Below are positions 1 to 7,414 of a stretch of DNA of 55,952 nucleotides, one piece after another. The notes beneath the pieces are model-generated. The model searched no databases and was not told the origin of the DNA. It was given only the letters and a program-made list of their open reading frames with translations. The stretch covers positions 1-55,952 of IMG/VR virus record IMGVR_UViG_3300013099_000023. One strand, written 5' to 3'. The DNA is from a virus (lineage: Duplodnaviria; Caudoviricetes). Each line of letters starts with the position of its first letter. Position 1 is the stretch's first letter. A program made the position numbers and the translations under genes.

Positions 1-1
1 C

Positions 2-610
2 ACTTAACTCATAACGTGTATACTTTATCTCCAAGCCTCCATTATTTATATTTAAGTAGTCTATATACCTTCTACCATAAGTACTGCAATTATTTTTACA
101 TCTATTAGAACAGTATAAATTAGATTCTCCAGTTATCCTACCATTTAAAGCACCTATTCTAGCCTTTACACTATATAAAGAAGGTGTAAATATCTTAGAA
201 CATTTATGACATTTTACTTGTAAAACTTTTACATCTAAGTCATTGACGTAAAAAGTAACATCTTCTACAAGAGTTAGTTGGTCTTTATAAGTACCATATA
301 AAGGAAGATTAGCTTTCCATAAACCTCCTTTCCAAGAAGCATTTGTTCTTCCTGTATTTCTACCTATTTTAGCTTTTGATATTTTAATTTTAGATTCATT
401 ACTATGTTTTTTTCCATAAAATGAATTTCTATTTCCAGAAAAAGCACAGTTTTTTGAACAGTACTTGGATTGTTTGTATTTATACGTTAAATAAGGATGG
501 CCACAAATGATACAAGATTCTCTCTCTACATAATAACTTTTACCGTCTTTAGTAAAATTTCCGCCCTTAGTTAATCTAAAACCGACTAAGTTAGCGTAAC
601 AAATCTCCAT
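2..610 (-). CDS. Homing-endonuclease-like protein (Zn-ribbon + NUMOD3), N-terminal part; runs off the window edge; not in the ORF track
   Basis: ATG at 610 with AGGAGG upstream (619-624); open to the edge: MEICYANLVGFRLTKGG...CIICGHPY...KYCSKNC..GNRNSFYGKKHSNESKIKISKAKIG (NUMOD3-like)...NASWKGG...CHKC...YCSNRC. Catalytic domain not visible. Confidence 0.75.
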   Translation of the reverse strand, partial: MEICYANLVGFRLTKGGNFTKDGKSYYVERESCIICGHPYLTYKYKQSKYCSKNCAFSGNRNSFYGKKHSNESKIKISKAKIGRNTGRTNASWKGGLWKANLPLYGTYKDQLTLVEDVTFYVNDLDVKVLQVKCHKCSKIFTPSLYSVKARIGALNGRITGESNLYCSNRCKNNCSTYGRRYIDYLNINNGGLEIKYTRYELS

Positions 611-623
611 CGAAGCAACCTCC

Positions 624-694
624 TTAAATGAGTTTAATAAGATAAGTAAGGGTATTCGAGCACCCCATAGAATATTGGAACTATACTCATTTAA
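624..694 (-). promoter_or_regulatory. Branched stem-loop leader abutting the RBS of the endonuclease gene
   Basis: Perfect 10-bp inverted repeat TTAAATGAGT (624-633)/ACTCATTTAA (685-694) enclosing two hairpins (650-665 GGGTG..TACCC on minus; 667-684 ATAG..CTAT); 3' arm runs into TAAGGAGG. Confidence 0.55.
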
Positions 695-700
695 TATCCT

Positions 701-1309
701 TTATTTAGGCAAATGACTGGGTAAATAGTCAGCATGTGTACATTGATCTCTAATTATAGTAATAAATTCTTGCCATTGCACTAAGTTATGAGTCCACCTT
801 TGTGTAAATACATTTCTCAAAGTTTTATAATTAGTATTGACTATACGAGACTGTAAAAATCCTTCTGGAATATTCCACTTAACTTTCTGTAAATCTTCTC
901 CAACAAGTCTTTTTTTGTTATTAAAATTATCTGTTACCTCCACTAGAATATCATTAAATATATTAACGATTCTACCGTCAGTACCTAATTCAAAATCAGA
1001 CAACTCTACAGGCCTTCTTTGTATTGTATGCATAGTAGATGCGCTATTTTTAGTCACGCCTGCCCTGTACGTATCAAATTCTTGCCACCAACCACGTGGA
1101 GCTTTAATAAAAATCCATAACTGCATAGACTCTAAAAACTTATTATGACCACCGTCATTAAAAGCCATACCTCTACAAGTAGTTTTCATTTTATTAAACT
1201 TTTCTTTTGTCCACCAAATATCAAAAGGCTCTGCCTCATCTTTAAAAGATAGTGCAGTACCAGCTAAAGCCCATTCATAGCCAGCTTCATCTAAAATTTT
1301 AACTTCCAT
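701..1309 (-). CDS. ThyX/Thy1-fold phage protein (divergent FAD-dependent thymidylate synthase-like)
   Basis: GHNKFLES, APRGWWQEFDTYR..NSASTMH, IPEGFLQSRIVNTNYKTLRN..QR..H.L..W follow the ThyX layout, but the canonical RHRx7SxR motif is absent. Confidence 0.6.
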   Translation of the reverse strand: MEVKILDEAGYEWALAGTALSFKDEAEPFDIWWTKEKFNKMKTTCRGMAFNDGGHNKFLESMQLWIFIKAPRGWWQEFDTYRAGVTKNSASTMHTIQRRPVELSDFELGTDGRIVNIFNDILVEVTDNFNNKKRLVGEDLQKVKWNIPEGFLQSRIVNTNYKTLRNVFTQRWTHNLVQWQEFITIIRDQCTHADYLPSHLPK

Positions 1310-1323
1310 AAAAATCTCCTTAC

Positions 1324-2598
1324 CTATAGCTGTTCAGAACTAATGGTTTTATTATTTAATTTATTTGAGAATTCAATATGCTTAAGTGCATTTACCTCAT
1401 TATCAAAAACCTTTCTCCACTGTTGTGCTATTTTTCCGTCCCAATTCAACTCCTTAAGTACCCACTTGTACGCATTCTCAGATCTCAGTATTGCTTCTGG
1501 ATAGTTATTATACACTTCTAACATGACCTTTACCATATCTTCTACATCAACTAAAGGTCTTAGTATATCATTATCATTAGGTATACAAGTCCAAAGGCTA
1601 GGATTACTACCACTTTTAACAAGGTAACCTTTATCTTCAGTGATTAGTTCTCGCATAGCAGTATTATCAGGAAAAATTACTGGTGTATTTGTTGCCATGG
1701 CCTCTATCCAACCTAAACCGAAGCCCTCACCTAATGTAGTACTAATAATACAATCTGCACAATTATAAAGTAAATTTAAAATTTCTACTGGGTAAGCCTG
1801 ATTAGGTTCAAAATTTTCTGGCATAATAATATCTTCAGTAGAAGAAAGGTCATAAGCTGCACACACTTCCATTAAATCCCAACCCTGATCTTTTTTTGCC
1901 ATATGCAAGTACAACACTGACTCAGGAACTTCTTTTTTAAACTCTTTAAAAGCTGCGATTGTCCTTGGTATATCTTTACGTTGTTGGTTTCTATTAACAT
2001 TCATAAAAATAAATTTATCTGCATGGGATTTAAAGTAATCTTTTTTAAACTCCAAAACTTTACTCTCAGGCAAAGGATAGAAGTCTTTAAAATTAGCTCC
2101 ATGGTATATAATATCTACATTAGTAACATCTATATGTTTACCTAAAGCTTTTTTACCAAAATCTGTGTAACTTACTAGTTTATCTACATCTTTGATGTTA
2201 CGAGCCCAAACATCTTTTATAATACTGTCTGTAGGATAGTACATTATTGTTCTAAAAGGTTTTCTAGCTCCAGAAGATACTTCACTATTTAAATGATTTA
2301 AAAGTTCTGGTATAAAATCTACTATAAATGTGTCTTGAACAATCCAAAGAATATCAAAGTCATGCTGCATAGCAAAGTAACAAAACTTTTTTCTTCCGTA
2401 AGGGTCTCCCTCTGATGGGTCTGCTGCTGGCCAAATATTAAAAGGCATATCATGTGGAGTACCATGGTAATTGATTCCAAATATATCTATATCATACTTA
2501 CCTGTTTGATACAAAAGTCTTAAAATATTTCTAGATACTGTTCCAAAACCTGTTTTTACATTAGGACTATCACAATATGCCAAAATCTTTTTCTTCAT
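1324..2598 (-). CDS. Glycosyltransferase, GT-B fold (GT4-like)
   Basis: N-terminal DSP..TGFG.V, NRNQQRKDIP, and E-x7-E motif EGFGLGWIEAMA..PVI. Confidence 0.9.
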   Translation of the reverse strand: MKKKILAYCDSPNVKTGFGTVSRNILRLLYQTGKYDIDIFGINYHGTPHDMPFNIWPAADPSEGDPYGRKKFCYFAMQHDFDILWIVQDTFIVDFIPELLNHLNSEVSSGARKPFRTIMYYPTDSIIKDVWARNIKDVDKLVSYTDFGKKALGKHIDVTNVDIIYHGANFKDFYPLPESKVLEFKKDYFKSHADKFIFMNVNRNQQRKDIPRTIAAFKEFKKEVPESVLYLHMAKKDQGWDLMEVCAAYDLSSTEDIIMPENFEPNQAYPVEILNLLYNCADCIISTTLGEGFGLGWIEAMATNTPVIFPDNTAMRELITEDKGYLVKSGSNPSLWTCIPNDNDILRPLVDVEDMVKVMLEVYNNYPEAILRSENAYKWVLKELNWDGKIAQQWRKVFDNEVNALKHIEFSNKLNNKTISSEQL

Positions 2599-2602
2599 AA
2601 AA

Positions 2603-3781
2603 TTACTTCCCCTTTACTTTTTTACATTTTTTACTGGCCAAAAATGCTTTAGTATAATTAGTTTCACTCTCTTCTTCTACAACTTGTTTAACTGCAGGAT
2701 TTTTGTCTAAATACTTCCGTAGTTTGGTGGGACTTAAAGATACTAATTCTACAAAGTCGTCATAAGAAATAAGTTTTGCTATAGTAGTTGGTTTATATGT
2801 AGTCCTAGCCATTTGCCTAAGCACCATTTCTTTAGTACCATCTGTCACATTTTCTTCTAAAACCTTTATCTTTTCAATCATGACATCTGCTAATGTACGT
2901 TCCCTCATTTCTAAAATCTTTTTTGTGTTTCTCACCTCATCCCATTCCTGCATCATAGCGGCATCACTCATAGCATCGAGAGATAAATAGTCAAATTCTT
3001 TTTTTTGACACGCCTCTTTGTATTTATCACACATGTGCACATAGTCACACCAACCACATAAGATATTAAGCGTAGGTTCAGCTTTAGTCTTAGTTAGTTT
3101 GGACATCTCTCCATGTACAACTTTTAAGTAATCTTCAAAATCTTCTAGTTCTTCATCTGTTCTATACGTATAAACTAATTCTCCTTTACGTAACATATCT
3201 AAGCTTAAAATAATTCTTTTATATCCGGGGTATAATTTTTTAGCTACTAAATTATACATACTAAGTTGAACGTCTGTACGAAGCTTGTTAGTGTCCGGAA
3301 CAGACTTAGAGGTCTTATAATCAACAATAGCAAGAGTCTCTTTGTCAATTTCTATAGTTTTATCTATGGCACCAATTAATTCTATACCGTCTTTAGTAGT
3401 GATAGTTTGTGTGCCTTCAAACCCGAACTTATCTTCTATACCAACAACCTTACTACCAAGCTTAAAATTAATAAGTCTAGACTTTACTAACTCTTTACCT
3501 GTAATATGGTCTTCTTGTGTTTGAATACCTTCTTCTACTGACATCTTATCATAGTAAGCAAGTAATTCTTTTATTTGCTTTTTTGAAAACTCCACCAAAT
3601 CTTCTGCTTGCCAAAGTCTTCCTGCTTTTTCTAAAGTATCATGACAAGCTAGTCCCAGAGCAAAAACAGGATTAGGTAATTTTTCAACTCTGTCTACATA
3701 ATTAAACCAGTACCGTTGCTTACATTGTAAAAAAGAACTTATCCTTGTTGCACTTAACTTTATTTTTTTATTAGGTGGCAT
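2603..3781 (-). CDS. PD-(D/E)XK nuclease, RecB/AddB/Cas4-like
   Basis: LSATRI..FLQC, G..H..LE, GAIDK, IVDYKTS, QLSMY, and C-terminal CGWC..C completing a 4-Cys Fe-S staple. Confidence 0.88.
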   Translation of the reverse strand: MPPNKKIKLSATRISSFLQCKQRYWFNYVDRVEKLPNPVFALGLACHDTLEKAGRLWQAEDLVEFSKKQIKELLAYYDKMSVEEGIQTQEDHITGKELVKSRLINFKLGSKVVGIEDKFGFEGTQTITTKDGIELIGAIDKTIEIDKETLAIVDYKTSKSVPDTNKLRTDVQLSMYNLVAKKLYPGYKRIILSLDMLRKGELVYTYRTDEELEDFEDYLKVVHGEMSKLTKTKAEPTLNILCGWCDYVHMCDKYKEACQKKEFDYLSLDAMSDAAMMQEWDEVRNTKKILEMRERTLADVMIEKIKVLEENVTDGTKEMVLRQMARTTYKPTTIAKLISYDDFVELVSLSPTKLRKYLDKNPAVKQVVEEESETNYTKAFLASKKCKKVKGK

Positions 3782-4292
3782 ATGTACTCCTGTATAAAAA
3801 TCCGTATTCTTTTTCTTCTTTAAAACTGTATAAGCCTAGTTCTATATCTGTATAATATAAAAGTTGTGCTAATGCATCCATTATATCATTATCCTCCTTA
3901 AATGTCAACTCTTTTCTATCAAAAATATCACAAATGAAATAGAACAGTACTTCTTTAGTCCTAACTTTATAATAAGCTTTGACTGTAGTATTAGCTACCA
4001 CAAAGGGGTCTATACCTGCAAAAAACTTACAAGTAAATTTAGCTACTCCAGAAAATTCACTTAAAATCTTTAGAGTTTTAACATTTTTTCCTCCAAAAGT
4101 ATCTTCTATAACTATACTACTTGGTTTACATTCTTGTAAAATTAAAACAAGTTGTTCATGAAAAGATACTAACCTCTCAGACCTGCTAAATTTTGGTTTT
4201 GTTTCTATAGTTCCCATAACAAAAGTTATACCGTCAGTAGTATAACACCAACCAGTACTTGCTGCAGAAACATCTAAACTTAATGATGACAT
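3771..4292 (-). CDS. ruvC: RuvC-like Holliday junction resolvase
   Basis: SLDVSAASTGW, IVIED, VK...., NDIMDALA: RNase H-fold D-E-D-D catalytic pattern; 173 aa. Confidence 0.82.
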   Translation of the reverse strand: MSSLSLDVSAASTGWCYTTDGITFVMGTIETKPKFSRSERLVSFHEQLVLILQECKPSSIVIEDTFGGKNVKTLKILSEFSGVAKFTCKFFAGIDPFVVANTTVKAYYKVRTKEVLFYFICDIFDRKELTFKEDNDIMDALAQLLYYTDIELGLYSFKEEKEYGFLYRSTYAT

Positions 4293-4546
4293 TCTGGAAA
4301 CTCCTCATCCACATCGTTTAAAAATCTATCTATATAAGAGGTGAGTTCAATTATATCGGTGTCGCTACATTTTGTAATGTCTTTAGTTTTACCTAAACAC
4401 TCTTGTAAATTATCTCGTAACTCTTTTGATGTAAAAGCAGCACTACCACAAACCTCAAATACTGCATTATCTCTTGTTTCTACATCTGCGTAAGAAACTC
4501 TCCAAAAAGTATACCAATAACTGTGACCCCACCTGCTATAACTCAT
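4280..4546 (-). CDS. Hypothetical protein (aromatic-rich N-terminus)
   Basis: 88 aa ORF overlapping both neighbours in the operon; MSYSRWGHSYWYTFW start. Confidence 0.6.
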   Translation of the reverse strand: MSYSRWGHSYWYTFWRVSYADVETRDNAVFEVCGSAAFTSKELRDNLQECLGKTKDITKCSDTDIIELTSYIDRFLNDVDEEFPECHH

Positions 4547-5333
4547 TACTTATACCCTTAATAACCTCTAGCTGGCTCTCAGTTAGATTTTCCCTCCTAG
4601 GTAATACCAATACAAGCTTTATAAATAAATCTCCATTAGGGGCACCATTTGTACCTTTGGTACCTTGACTTACGAATCTAAGTGTAGAAGCATTATTAGC
4701 CCCAACAGGAATTTTAAATTCAAAATTTCTACTAATATTAATTTTTCCTTGGTTACATTCAGAGCAAGCTTCTTTAATAACGTTCCCTGTACCTCTACAA
4801 CTAGGACAAGGTACATTAGAAACCATATTTATATAACCATTAGAACGCTGCTGCTGTACGACCCCTTGACCAGAGCAAGTACTACAAGTGTCACTCTTGG
4901 AAGCAGCGGTACCGTTACAAGCTGAACAAATATCTGCGTAAACTAAAGTAACTGTTTTTTTATTTGCAGTTATAAGGTCATATAAAGTAACTTTAATATC
5001 TTGTTGTAAATTCTGACCATGTCTAGGGGCAGTTCTAATATTTGTGGGTCTAGAGGACGTAAATCCTTGCCCAAAATGATTTTTAAACATGTCGTTAATA
5101 TCAAAACCTGAAAAACCTGGAGCGAAACCTCCTCTACGGCTTTGTGCATGCATTTTTTCAGGATTAGACAACATGTCATAAGCCTCACTTACTTCTTTAA
5201 ATTTCTTTTCTGCAGCTTTATCTCCAGCATTTCTATCTGGATGGTATTGCATAGCTAATTTTCTATAAGCTTTTTTTATATCAGTTTTTGAAGCTGATCT
5301 ATCTACTCCTAAAATACTATGATAATCTTTCAC
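4536..5333 (-). CDS. dnaJ: DnaJ-like co-chaperone (J domain, G/F region, 4 CxxC zinc finger, shortened C-terminal domain)
   Basis: KDYHSILGV, YHPDRN, F..VSEAY..LS, CSACNG/CSTCSGQG/CPSCRGTG/CSECNQG, GDLFI. Start set at GTG 5333 (overlaps upstream TAG, GGGAGG RBS) rather than 5351. Confidence 0.92.
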   Translation of the reverse strand: MKDYHSILGVDRSASKTDIKKAYRKLAMQYHPDRNAGDKAAEKKFKEVSEAYDMLSNPEKMHAQSRRGGFAPGFSGFDINDMFKNHFGQGFTSSRPTNIRTAPRHGQNLQQDIKVTLYDLITANKKTVTLVYADICSACNGTAASKSDTCSTCSGQGVVQQQRSNGYINMVSNVPCPSCRGTGNVIKEACSECNQGKINISRNFEFKIPVGANNASTLRFVSQGTKGTNGAPNGDLFIKLVLVLPRRENLTESQLEVIKGISNEL

Positions 5334-5671
5334 TAGTAAAGTTCCTCCCACTCATGCCCACAAAATTTATTAGAGCATTTATAATAACCTACTGCCATTT
5401 CAAAAGCTATGCTATTGCATTTTTCACATTTAAAAACACAGTCAAGCATACGCCGTTTTACAACTGCCTCTGTGTAAGCCTCAAAAGAATCTAAAGTTAA
5501 CACGTCTAACATGTCAACTTCGTCTTTAATAGAGTCAATATCAGGTATAAACCCATCAAAATCTCGCCATACCCTACCACAATCTCTACACATATAGCAT
5601 TTCACAGCTTCTTCTTTATCCGCATAAAAAGCGCAAGCAATTTCTCCGCAATTATAACATTTTTTATTCAT
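5333..5671 (-). CDS. Hypothetical zinc-finger protein
   Basis: CYNC, CRDC, CEKC, CSNKFC cysteine pairs in 112 aa. Confidence 0.65.
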   Translation of the reverse strand: MNKKCYNCGEIACAFYADKEEAVKCYMCRDCGRVWRDFDGFIPDIDSIKDEVDMLDVLTLDSFEAYTEAVVKRRMLDCVFKCEKCNSIAFEMAVGYYKCSNKFCGHEWEELY

Positions 5672-6056
5672 TATCTTCTAATACAGATTTTTCAATGACT
5701 TCAATCATCTCTACAACTTGACCAAAGATATCTACAGTGTCTTCATTTACAACTAAAGATATAGGACAGAATAACTGGTTCCCTTTTAAACTAGGGTACT
5801 TCTTTTCTCCAAAAAGTATCTTAGTTAAAGCGGCTATATTAAAAACACTACCATCCTCACTAACAACAGTATAAGAGCCATCCTCTTCTGAAAAAAATTC
5901 TTCATCTAAATCTAAGTATTTACCACTTTTATTTACAGTAATTTTGTATTTATCCGCTAACACTTTAAAGTGGTAATTTTTGGAAGGCATTAAAGCCATA
6001 GTGGGTATACCTACAATATCTATATCTTCTGTGTTACTTACTTTTTCTTTGCTCAT
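5664..6056 (-). CDS. Hypothetical protein
   Basis: 130 aa, GGAG RBS, coupled to neighbours; no motif recognised. Confidence 0.6.
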   Translation of the reverse strand: MSKEKVSNTEDIDIVGIPTMALMPSKNYHFKVLADKYKITVNKSGKYLDLDEEFFSEEDGSYTVVSEDGSVFNIAALTKILFGEKKYPSLKGNQLFCPISLVVNEDTVDIFGQVVEMIEVIEKSVLEDNE

Positions 6057-6057
6057 C

Positions 6058-6378
6058 TCAATCTCCTATAATAATATAATTATCTATGGCCACATTAGTC
6101 CAATAAATAGTATTAGGGCCATTACAATACCTACACTTAGCAGGAAAGGAATGTTTTTCTAAATGCCCTATAATCTTTATGTACTTGCCCTCAGGCACCT
6201 CTTCTAGTTGTTCTGCCATTTCTCCCCAAACACTCACACCTATGTACTGATGAGCATCATTTGGTGTAGGAATAGCTAGGTTACACTTGAACATAATACC
6301 CCCATTATCATAATGGGTAACTTTCTTTTTTGTTATTCTACCTTGTAATTTTACAAAATTTTCACCTAATATACTCAT
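6058..6378 (-). CDS. ssb: Single-stranded DNA-binding protein-like OB fold
   Basis: NFVKLQGRI, F..NLA, I.VSVWGEMAEQL...EG.YIKIIGHL match SSB strands; adjacent to primase. Confidence 0.75.
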   Translation of the reverse strand: MSILGENFVKLQGRITKKKVTHYDNGGIMFKCNLAIPTPNDAHQYIGVSVWGEMAEQLEEVPEGKYIKIIGHLEKHSFPAKCRYCNGPNTIYWTNVAIDNYIIIGD

Positions 6379-7414
6379 TCAAATACCCGTAAGCCTGGTT
6401 TAATGTTAATTCTGCTGGATCTTCTCCTAAAGCAGGGTCCATTCGTACCTCTACTACGTTCATATATCTACTAAGTATCTGTGTAGCTCCTTCTCGTAGT
6501 AGTCTGCCAAACTGATCCTTCTTTCCTTCCATACCTTCTATACCTGCGCTATCAGGGTCTAACATTAAAATAACACCCTTTATAGCATAGGCTCTTAACA
6601 AGTCTACCTGCCCTTGTGTAATATTTGAGCCCATTATAGCTATAGTATTATATAAACCGTACTCATGAAAACGCCAAACAGATTTAAAACCTTCTACTAC
6701 AATTAAAGGTAGCTCTGTACCAAATACTCTAGCTTTATTTAAGTTATATAAGGTCTTATCCTTTATGAAGCCTTCTGATAATATATACTTCCACTCTTTA
6801 GGAGCATTTTTTCTAATATCTCTTAGGCTGTAGGCAACTAATTTATTATTAACATCCCTTATAGGTACAATGTCACGTAGAATATTAAAATCATCAGTAA
6901 AACCTCCTGCTATATCAAACTTATTCAAAACTTCTTCTGTGAAGCCCTTATTAATAAAGTACTGAGACCTTAAGGGTTTATATAAAAGTAACTTTTCTTC
7001 TGACACATAATCAGGTATCTTATGTTTAGAATATTGCTCTATAAATTGATCTGATTCTTTTTTGAATTTATGTTTATCAATACTTTTTTTATAAGAACTT
7101 ATATCTCCTACTAATTCTTTTAAGTAGTTCAAGGCTCCCATAAAATCTAAACCCATAACTGCTCTAATAAGACTTATGATATCATTACCATGAATATCGT
7201 TACAACCGTGTGTAAAACATACCCAAGTTCTTTTATCTTTATTAAACCTAAAAGCACTCTTATTGTCTCCACCATGAATAATGCATGCAGCTCTTACTTC
7301 TTTACTTGATTCTTTTGTGGCTCTTATACCTAAAGAGTCTAATAGATAGTTTATATCTACCATATCCTTTAAAGCTGTGATATCATCTTTATTAAATAAG
7401 CTTGTCTGCTGCAT
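6362..7414 (-). CDS. dnaG: DNA primase (CHC2 zinc finger + TOPRIM)
   Basis: CIIH...WVCFTHGC, IVPIRD....VAYSLR, KY.LS, LYNL, VVEG, LDPDSAG, DPAEL. Confidence 0.9.
   Translation of the reverse strand: MQQTSLFNKDDITALKDMVDINYLLDSLGIRATKESSKEVRAACIIHGGDNKSAFRFNKDKRTWVCFTHGCNDIHGNDIISLIRAVMGLDFMGALNYLKELVGDISSYKKSIDKHKFKKESDQFIEQYSKHKIPDYVSEEKLLLYKPLRSQYFINKGFTEEVLNKFDIAGGFTDDFNILRDIVPIRDVNNKLVAYSLRDIRKNAPKEWKYILSEGFIKDKTLYNLNKARVFGTELPLIVVEGFKSVWRFHEYGLYNTIAIMGSNITQGQVDLLRAYAIKGVILMLDPDSAGIEGMEGKKDQFGRLLREGATQILSRYMNVVEVRMDPALGEDPAELTLNQAYGYLNEYIR

Noticed and set aside
650-684. tRNA or tRNA fragment (TTCGA in a hairpin on the plus strand)
   Set aside because: No cloverleaf: acceptor, D and anticodon arms cannot be formed at the required spacing.
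2603-3781. Cas4-like nuclease as a sign of a CRISPR-Cas locus
   Set aside because: No repeat-spacer array, no cas1/cas2, and no non-coding room; context is recombination (ruvC, recA).
3771-4292. RuvC-fold ORF as TnpB/Cas12-like effector
   Set aside because: Only 173 aa, no zinc finger or REC/WED region, and no adjacent non-coding RNA space.
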